From: Phycisphaeraceae bacterium
Lineage (GTDB): Bacteria; Planctomycetota; Phycisphaerae; Phycisphaerales; Phycisphaeraceae
Assembly (NCBI GenBank): GCA_963674705.1
Contig: OY771506.1
Coordinates: 992,001 to 1,056,000, forward strand
Length of the DNA: 64,000 nt
Direction of reading: 5' to 3'
Below the pieces are notes generated by a model, which made no database searches, had not been told where the DNA came from, and was given only the letters and a program-made list of their open reading frames with translations. Positions 57,517-64,000 of this stretch are shown here, one piece after another. A program made the position numbers and the translations under genes. The first letter of the stretch is position 1, and each line of letters starts with the position of its first letter.

Positions 57517-59163
57517 TCATTCCCAAGGCCAACGTAGCGGCACCCCAAGCGCGACGAGTCGGCTTTGAAGCGCATTGAGTAATTGTGGGTCTTCGTGGAC
57601 TTGTGCGGGCTCGAGGCGCTGGCTGATGCACATCACCGCCAGGATGCCTGCGGATTCGCCGACGTTCCATTCAACGGGGTGCAGGCGGTAGCAGCCGTTG
57701 GCGATGTGCGAGACGCCGATCGCTTTGCCGGCCACGATGACGTTGCGAACTCGTATGGGGAGCAATGAGCCCAGTGGAATACGGAACGGGCAGGCGGGGA
57801 TAAACACCTCATCACGCATGGCGGCCGAGGGGTGCAGGTCGATCGCGTAATGGCCGATGCCTACAGTGTCGTTGAAAAGCTCTCCCGCGACGCGCATCGG
57901 GCTCGACATCTGTGGGTGCCCGGCTTCGATGCGCTGCTGCTGACCGACGTGGGCTTCGGTGACAATGGTGCACGCCTTGAGGCGGCGCGGTTCGCGGATG
58001 TAGGGCACCATCGCAAAACCATCTTCGGTGCCGAGTTCATCGCCGCGCAGCTTCAGGCCGGGATAACCTATGCGTGTGCTGCTGTCGTGGCGTGGCGCTT
58101 CGGTCTGCATCCAGTAGAAAAAGCACAGGCTTTGTTGTTTAGCTTCATTTAGCGCCGCTTGTTTTTCTTCTTCACTCACGCCGAGTATCGGTTTGAGGAT
58201 GTAATCCATCTGGGGGGAGTTGAACAACGACACATCCGGCGGCGGAAATTGTCCCGTGTCGAATCGGTACAGCGCGTGATTCACGATGCGACGATAGCGC
58301 CATAGTTCGATTTGGCCGGGCTGTGGATTGTCGGGCCAAGGGACAAGCGGCAGCGTGCGCTTCGGCGTGTCACGGCCGGCGATATCCCAGGAGAACAGCG
58401 GGCCGGGCCAGCCGCCGGCTAATGGTGGAACATACGAGCGCCAGAAGCCATAGCCTTCGGGCTTGTCAATGATGTGGTCTTCACCCGGATGGTTTTCCAT
58501 CGCGAAGCACCATGTGATGGCCTGCTGATCGGTCGGGTCGTCTTTGTCCAATCTGCCGTGCAGTTCGCCGAAGGTGTCGCGGTGTTCGGCGCCGATGGCG
58601 TGTTCGATGCCGGCAATGGGGTAGAGATCGCCGGCCTCCGTGGCTTCGAGGATGTAGTCGGGTTCGACGATCAACTCCTCGCCGGTTTGTTTATTTAACA
58701 GCGTAACCGAATTCACGGTGTCGCCGGCCACGTCCGCGCTGACAGGCTCATGATGCAGAAGTAACGTAACGAGCCCGGCGTCAACATACTCGGCCAGCAT
58801 GTTGCGCAAGACCTCGTGGCCGATGCGTGGCTCGTGACATAGCCTGCTGACCCACCCCCCGCCGGGATTCAACAAGGGATTATTCGCTGCGGCATTGGTC
58901 AGCGCGCGATTTTGGTGATACCAGTCGCGAACGGCCCTGCGGTAGGCGAGATAACTAGCGGTAGCGGAAGTGACGCCCTCGATGTTTTCGATCCAGCGAT
59001 TCTCATCCGGCGGCACGGCCTGGCTGGTGAGTTGCCCGCCGATCCAGGCGGTCGGCTCGCTGACCACGCAGCGGATGCCGTGCTTCGCGATCGCCAAAGC
59101 CGCGGCGGTTCCGCCTGTTCCACCACCAAGAATCAACACCGGGATACTCATCTGCCTTGCCAT
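57517..59163 (-). CDS. FAD-dependent oxidoreductase
   Basis: ILGGGTGGTAAA, WIGGQLTSQ, PYIREPRR, YAIDLHP, PFRIPLGSL, YRLHPVEW. Confidence 0.85.
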   Translation of the reverse strand: MARQMSIPVLILGGGTGGTAAALAIAKHGIRCVVSEPTAWIGGQLTSQAVPPDENRWIENIEGVTSATASYLAYRRAVRDWYHQNRALTNAAANNPLLNPGGGWVSRLCHEPRIGHEVLRNMLAEYVDAGLVTLLLHHEPVSADVAGDTVNSVTLLNKQTGEELIVEPDYILEATEAGDLYPIAGIEHAIGAEHRDTFGELHGRLDKDDPTDQQAITWCFAMENHPGEDHIIDKPEGYGFWRSYVPPLAGGWPGPLFSWDIAGRDTPKRTLPLVPWPDNPQPGQIELWRYRRIVNHALYRFDTGQFPPPDVSLFNSPQMDYILKPILGVSEEEKQAALNEAKQQSLCFFYWMQTEAPRHDSSTRIGYPGLKLRGDELGTEDGFAMVPYIREPRRLKACTIVTEAHVGQQQRIEAGHPQMSSPMRVAGELFNDTVGIGHYAIDLHPSAAMRDEVFIPACPFRIPLGSLLPIRVRNVIVAGKAIGVSHIANGCYRLHPVEWNVGESAGILAVMCISQRLEPAQVHEDPQLLNALQSRLVALGVPLRWPWE

Positions 59164-59235
59164 GGTGTAGATGTATCATGAATGGGTCGGCTTGTCGCGT
59201 CGCCTTGGTCGAAGACAGGCGGTAAGATGGCTGCC

Positions 59236-60069
59236 ATGAGTCAAAACAACAAACGTATCGGTGTGTGCACGTGGTCGCTTCAACCAAAGAATCCGGCCGA
59301 ATTGATCAAGGTGCTCAAATCGCTTGAGATTTCATGCGTGCAACAGTCTATGAGCCCGATGGTGGCGGACACTGCCACATGGGGTGGCGCGGCGGCAGAA
59401 CTGAAAGCAGCGGGTATCGAGATCGTCTCGGGCATGTTCTCGCCGATCGGCGAGGATTACTCGACGTTGCAGACAATCCGCAAGACCGGCGGCATCGTGC
59501 CGGACGAACATTGGGATGCGAATCTAAAACTGGCGACCGAGATCGCAACGATCGCCAAACGTGAAGGCGTCAAGACGGTGACGTTCCATGCCGGCTTTGT
59601 GCCGCACGACCCGGCCGATGCGAATTATGCGAAACTGCGTGACAGGCTGATCACACTCGCGAGCGTGTTCGCCAGGGCTGGTTGCGACCTGCTATTGGAA
59701 ACCGGCCAGGAGACGGCTGACGATCTGAACGCGTTCCTCAGCGCGGTGAACCAGCCGAACGTCGGCGTGAACTTCGACCCGGCAAATATGATCCTCTACG
59801 GCAAGGGCGATCCGATCGAAGCGATCAAGAAGCTGATCGCACGCATCCGCCAGATCCATATCAAGGACGCCACTGCCTCCAAGACGCCCGGCGAATGGGG
59901 AGCCGAAGTACCCGCCGGGACCGGTCAAGTAGATTGGGCCGCGTTCTTCAAGGTGCTTGCCGACGCCGGCTACACAGGCAACTTCGTGATCGAACGCGAA
60001 GCGGGTGATGATCGGCAAGGCGATATCGCCAAGGCGCGCGATCTGGTGAAGAAGCATTGCGGCATGTGA
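59236..60069 (+). CDS. Sugar phosphate isomerase/epimerase (xylose isomerase-like TIM barrel)
   Basis: FHAGF, LETGQE, NFDPAN, HIKD, IERE. Start may be 59227. Confidence 0.85.
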   Translation: MSQNNKRIGVCTWSLQPKNPAELIKVLKSLEISCVQQSMSPMVADTATWGGAAAELKAAGIEIVSGMFSPIGEDYSTLQTIRKTGGIVPDEHWDANLKLATEIATIAKREGVKTVTFHAGFVPHDPADANYAKLRDRLITLASVFARAGCDLLLETGQETADDLNAFLSAVNQPNVGVNFDPANMILYGKGDPIEAIKKLIARIRQIHIKDATASKTPGEWGAEVPAGTGQVDWAAFFKVLADAGYTGNFVIEREAGDDRQGDIAKARDLVKKHCGM

Positions 60070-60082
60070 TTGATCGGCGGCA

Positions 60083-60322
60083 TTAAGCGCTACCCACGCG
60101 GGCCAGCGCGCCACCCACGGCAACTAAAATGGCACCCAGGACGAACGCTGTCCCACCATATCCAATAAGCGTGAATGGTGATGCATATACCGGCAGATGC
60201 CGGCGCAGGCTATAAGACGATATCGCAATAACACCCAGAGCCTCGACCACGAACCCGGCCGCCACACAGACAATCCCAGTGATTCGGATGATGTCGCCTA
60301 TAAGTTCCATTCGCTGTGCCAC
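60083..60322 (-). CDS. Small two-TM hypothetical protein
   Basis: Two hydrophobic segments; fits the gap between neighbouring genes. Confidence 0.45.
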   Translation of the reverse strand: MAQRMELIGDIIRITGIVCVAAGFVVEALGVIAISSYSLRRHLPVYASPFTLIGYGGTAFVLGAILVAVGGALARVGSA

Positions 60323-60380
60323 TACCCGTCTTTAACTTGAGCCCCCCCCCGCAAACCTGACAACGGTGGATAAGCCAGAC

Positions 60381-60617
60381 TTATGAATCTGATTGATTTA
60401 AGCCAAATGCATCACGATCTTCACGCATATCCCGAATAGCGCGATCGACCATCCTGCGGATTTGCCGTTCCAACTCATCGATATTTTTCTTGCCTTCGGG
60501 TAACGCCATCCAACAGAACTGGATCGCCTGACGGATTTGCTGGTCGATTTGTTCCGGGCCGAACATCTCGCGAAAGTTGTCCGGCAGGTCCGGATCGTCG
60601 GCTGAGAAAAATGCCAT
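60381..60617 (-). CDS. Small helical hypothetical protein
   Basis: GGGG RBS; MAFFSADD...QIDQQIRQAIQFCWMALP...RAIRDMRED has protein-like composition. Confidence 0.65.
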   Translation of the reverse strand: MAFFSADDPDLPDNFREMFGPEQIDQQIRQAIQFCWMALPEGKKNIDELERQIRRMVDRAIRDMREDRDAFGLNQSDS

Positions 60618-60775
60618 ACGTACCCCCTTTTGAAAAACAGATGTACTGGTTTGCTTACAGCAGCGATTACAGCCTACCACAGAAGCCAACATAACAATGC
60701 CCGATAAGCGGGTTTGGCGGTGTTAGGGTATCGGCTAGCCGGGGAATTTCTTCTAAGTCACTTTTTCATATCACG

Positions 60776-60848
60776 TTGAACATTGGACTTGACGTTCGGT
60801 ACATTTTGGGGTAACTTTTACCGAACAGATTTTTGAGAGAATGTTCAA
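60776..60848 (+). promoter_or_regulatory. Promoter upstream of lexA with nested inverted repeats
   Basis: TTGACG-17-TAACTT (60789-60817); IRs GTTCGGTA/TACCGAAC and TTGAACATT/AATGTTCAA. Confidence 0.55.
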
Positions 60849-61512
60849 GCATGATCAGGCGGAACGTCGAAACAAGGAGCGGTCCGGGGATGGGCCCCAC
60901 AAGATGTTGGGCTTCAGCGAGCTGTTTACCCCAAGGGAGGCGATGCCGCCATGACGATTCCGCTTGTAATGTTAGGACCTGGAGGCGATTACACGACAAC
61001 CCTGAACGTTCGGGGACGGGGTCTGACCCGACAGAGCGGTTCGGAAGTCGCCGGAACGTTAAGCGGCCAGGGGCACGACCCGGAAGGCGATTCGGCCGGT
61101 GGGTACGCCCAGTGGGGTCGCTGGCGGAATCAGGAAGCCGAAGCGGATGCCCCTTATGGGCAGGACAAACCGCGTCGCCAGGAGCCGGACCGCTTCGATC
61201 ATGTGCCGAACCGGTTGCCCACGGATGTGTACACCGAGCGTGGCACACTTCGGGCGGATACGAGCCGGCTGGCAATGATCCGCACGGCTTTGAGCTGGCT
61301 GGCTCATCAGCAACATGCCCTGCTGGCGCTGGCGGGGTTTGTGGCTCCGTTGAGCAGGCAGCAGATGCAGGGCGCTTCGGCGGAAGCCGATCGCTTGACG
61401 AAACAGACAACCACCGCGGCCGCCCCGGTCCGTTTGCCCGGCCCGCCGGCGCCGCCGCCCTACCCCAATATCCCCCTGCCGGCCGGATTGCCGGTGAATG
61501 TGGAGGCGAATC

Positions 61513-62142
61513 ATGAGCATGAACCTCACCCCCAAACAGTTGCACATCCTGACGCGGATACGCGACATCCGTCTATCACGCGGCTATTCGCCGACGATGC
61601 AGGAGCTCGCCGACGAATTGCAGGTCTCCAAGGTCACCGTGTTCGAGCACGTCGAGGCGTTGATCAAAAAAGGCGCGTTGATCAGAAAGCCAAACAAGGC
61701 GCGCTCTTTGGAGGTTAGTCCCGAGGCGGGCTTGCCGGACGAGCAGCGCAACAGCCGGTTGCCACTGGTCGGGACGATCGCGGCCGGGTTTCCCATCGAA
61801 GCTGTCGAGGAACGTGAGCACCTCGATCTGGAACAACTCTTCATCCAATCGACACACAAGTCCGGCGAAACCTTTGTCCTCAAGGTCCGCGGCGACTCGA
61901 TGATCGACGAGCAAATCCGCGACGGCGACTTCGTCATCTGCGAACAACGCACCAACTACCGCAACGGTCAAACCGTTGTCGCCCTGTTGCATAACGGTGA
62001 AGCGACGCTCAAAAAGTTCTACAAAGAACGCGACGGCAAAATCCGCCTGCAACCGGCGAATGATGCGTTCGAGCCCATCTTCGCAGACCCGCAGGATGTC
62101 ACAATTCAAGGCATCGTGATTGGGGTGGTCAGGGCTTATTGA
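61513..62142 (+). CDS. lexA: LexA repressor
   Basis: LTPKQ...GYSPTMQELA...KKG...ARSL; cleavage site IAAG; VRGDSM (Ser), ATLKKF (Lys); GGAGG RBS. Confidence 0.95.
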   Translation: MSMNLTPKQLHILTRIRDIRLSRGYSPTMQELADELQVSKVTVFEHVEALIKKGALIRKPNKARSLEVSPEAGLPDEQRNSRLPLVGTIAAGFPIEAVEEREHLDLEQLFIQSTHKSGETFVLKVRGDSMIDEQIRDGDFVICEQRTNYRNGQTVVALLHNGEATLKKFYKERDGKIRLQPANDAFEPIFADPQDVTIQGIVIGVVRAY

Positions 62143-62143
62143 G

Positions 62144-62261
62144 TTTTAGCCGCGAATAAACGCTAATAGACGCAAATAAAAAGCAAATGGGAGAGTCCAG
62201 CGTTGGGCTTTCCCATTTTCATTTGATATTCGTGTTAATTGGCGTTCATTCGCGGCTAAAA
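62144..62261. repeat. MITE-like inverted repeat (family 1) with an internal terminator-like hairpin
   Basis: ttttagccgcgaataaacgctaat ... attggcgttcattcgcggctaaaa; inner aaatgggagag...ctttcccattt. Confidence 0.78.
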
Positions 62262-62274
62262 GCTTTGGTCTATC

Positions 62275-63153
62275 ATGTTAGACATGGAAGATGACCGGCC
62301 GATCGGATTGATTGCGGGGGGCGGGCGGCTGCCTGTGTTGGAGGCGGAGGGTATCCGTGCGGCCGGGCGGCGGGTGGTGTGTGTCGGGCTAGGTGGTGGC
62401 CACGATCAGGATTTGCCGGATTTATGCGATCACTTTGCTACAACGGGCGTGCTGCGGCTAGGAAGCTGGGCACGGCGGCTACGACGATGGGGCGCCCAGG
62501 AAGCGATCATGGTCGGCGTGGTTCGCAAGACGCGGATGTATGATCCGGTCGGCATCCTCAAATCGATGCCCGATATGCGGACAATCCGTCTCTGGTATCG
62601 TGTATTGCGACACGACCGCCGAAGCCAGGTGTTGCTCGCGGCGGTGGCGGACGATTTACTCAGCCAGGGAATTGAACTGATCGACACAACACGTTACATC
62701 CCGGAGCACATGGCCGAGGCCGGCGTATTGACCAGGCATCAGCCCAGCGCCAAGCAGATGGCGGACATTACGTTCGGCTGGCCGATCCTGATGCGGATGA
62801 ATGACCTCGACATCGGCCAGGCAATCGCGGTGAAAGATCGTGACGTGATCGCGGTCGAAGCGATTGAAGGCACGGACCGGATGATCGAGCGAGCGGGGAA
62901 TCTGTGTAAGAGCGGCGGCTGGATCCTGCTTAAGGGACCGAAGCCTGACAAAGATCGGCGTTTCGATGTGCCGACGGTTGGTGTGCAGACGATTGAGTCG
63001 CTCAAAGCGGCGGGCGGCGTGTGCCTGGCGATCGCGGCGGGTTCGGTGATCCTGGCGGACAAACCCAAGGTGATTGAAGCGGCGGACGCGGCGGGCATCG
63101 CGATCGTGGGTTTGGAACCCGAAGCGGATCAAAATAAGAACAAGGGCGGATAA
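62275..63153 (+). CDS. lpxI: LpxI family UDP-2,3-diacylglucosamine diphosphatase
   Basis: IGLIAGGGRLP, DIGQAI, AVEAIEGTD, D.RFDVPTVG. Confidence 0.9.
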   Translation: MLDMEDDRPIGLIAGGGRLPVLEAEGIRAAGRRVVCVGLGGGHDQDLPDLCDHFATTGVLRLGSWARRLRRWGAQEAIMVGVVRKTRMYDPVGILKSMPDMRTIRLWYRVLRHDRRSQVLLAAVADDLLSQGIELIDTTRYIPEHMAEAGVLTRHQPSAKQMADITFGWPILMRMNDLDIGQAIAVKDRDVIAVEAIEGTDRMIERAGNLCKSGGWILLKGPKPDKDRRFDVPTVGVQTIESLKAAGGVCLAIAAGSVILADKPKVIEAADAAGIAIVGLEPEADQNKNKGG

Positions 63154-63266
63154 CAGGGATGAACACGGATAAACACAGATGAAGAATCTGTTTCAAGTGA
63201 CATGATGCGCGTCGTCATAGTCATGAAAAACTGCTTTATCCGTGTCCATCTGTGTCCATCCCTGTT
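63152..63266. repeat. MITE-like inverted repeat (family 2)
   Basis: aacagggatgaacacggataaacacagat ... atccgtgtccatctgtgtccatccctgtt. Confidence 0.78.
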
Positions 63267-63294
63267 TCATATGTATTAATGAAGTTGTTTAATC

Positions 63295-64000
63295 ATGAAT
63301 GAATCTCTGATGATCGGGTTGGCGGCGGTGCTGGTGCTGGGCATTGGTGCGCAGTGGGTGGCATGGCGTATCAAGCTGCCGGCGATCCTTGCGCTGCTGC
63401 TGTTCGGCTTTCTGGCCGGACCAGTGCCGGAGGCGGTGTACGGCAAGAAGTGGCTGGATCCGGATGATCTTTTTGGCAAAGTGTTGTTCCCGATCGTGTC
63501 GCTGTCGGTCGCGGTGATCCTGTTCGAAGGCGGATTGACGCTGAAGTTCCGCGAGTTGAAACAGATCGGCGGTGCGGTGCGAAACCTGGTGAGTATCGGG
63601 ATCGTCACGACGTGGCTGCTGATCACAGGAGCGGCCCACCTGCTCTTGGACTTCGATCTACGGTTATCTTTGCTGATCGGTGCGATTTTTACGGTGACCG
63701 GGCCGACGGTGATCGGGCCATTGCTTCGACAGGTCAGACCGAGCGGACAACTCGGGCCCGTCTTGAAGTGGGAAGGCATCCTGTCGGACCCGATCGGTGC
63801 GTTGCTGGCCGTCCTGGTATTTGAATCGATCCTGCCGGGCTCTCACAGCGAGGTCGAGCAGACGCTTGCGGGTGCTTTGCTTGCGGGCGGGCAGGCGCTC
63901 GGAAGTGGATTTATTGTCGGGATCGCGGGTGCGGCGCTATTGGTATTGATGCTGAACCGATACTGGATCCCGGACTACCTGCAGAGCCCGGTGACGCTTG
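63295..64000 (+). CDS. Cation:proton antiporter, NhaP/CPA1 family (3' truncated)
   Basis: Own translation: MNESLMIGLAAVLVLGIGAQWVAWRIKLPAIL...VAVILFEGGLTL...VTGPTVIGPLL...KWEGILSDPIGA. Confidence 0.88.
   Translation, partial: MNESLMIGLAAVLVLGIGAQWVAWRIKLPAILALLLFGFLAGPVPEAVYGKKWLDPDDLFGKVLFPIVSLSVAVILFEGGLTLKFRELKQIGGAVRNLVSIGIVTTWLLITGAAHLLLDFDLRLSLLIGAIFTVTGPTVIGPLLRQVRPSGQLGPVLKWEGILSDPIGALLAVLVFESILPGSHSEVEQTLAGALLAGGQALGSGFIVGIAGAALLVLMLNRYWIPDYLQSPVTL

Overview
GC-rich bacterial chromosomal window, most likely from a planctomycete (Phycisphaerae-like). That call is inferred from the LEPR-XLL giant protein, dockerin and cohesin modules, BlaR1/BlaI fusion style and an rpsP-trmD-rplS cluster without rimM. 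Housekeeping genes (rpsP, trmD, rplS, lysS, lolC/E-lolD, queD, an HscA-like Hsp70, pgeF, lexA, lpxI, ion transporters) are interleaved with four accessory blocks. (1) A ~5,685-aa surface protein with about 11 beta-helix modules and a cohesin-dockerin-cohesin-dockerin tail. Upstream on the same strand is an ECF sigma operon whose anti-sigma carries a dockerin and is translationally coupled to a stand-alone cohesin-like protein, followed by a frameshift-riddled VIT-vWA gene and a lipoprotein. This is the best candidate for an undescribed system. (2) A REP-associated tyrosine transposase with its own REP/REPIN family, plus a BlaI/BlaR1 pair, inserted between trmD and rplS. (3) A sigma54 activator divergent from a CsgG-like / secreted repeat protein / barrel-less TonB-plug / SH3 / M48 / CHASE2-cyclase cluster. 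(4) Many short-period repeat cassettes, some lying in-frame inside lysS and the Hsp70 gene. No rRNA, tRNA or CRISPR array was seen. All functional calls come from motif recognition by eye, with no database searches; novelty is untested.
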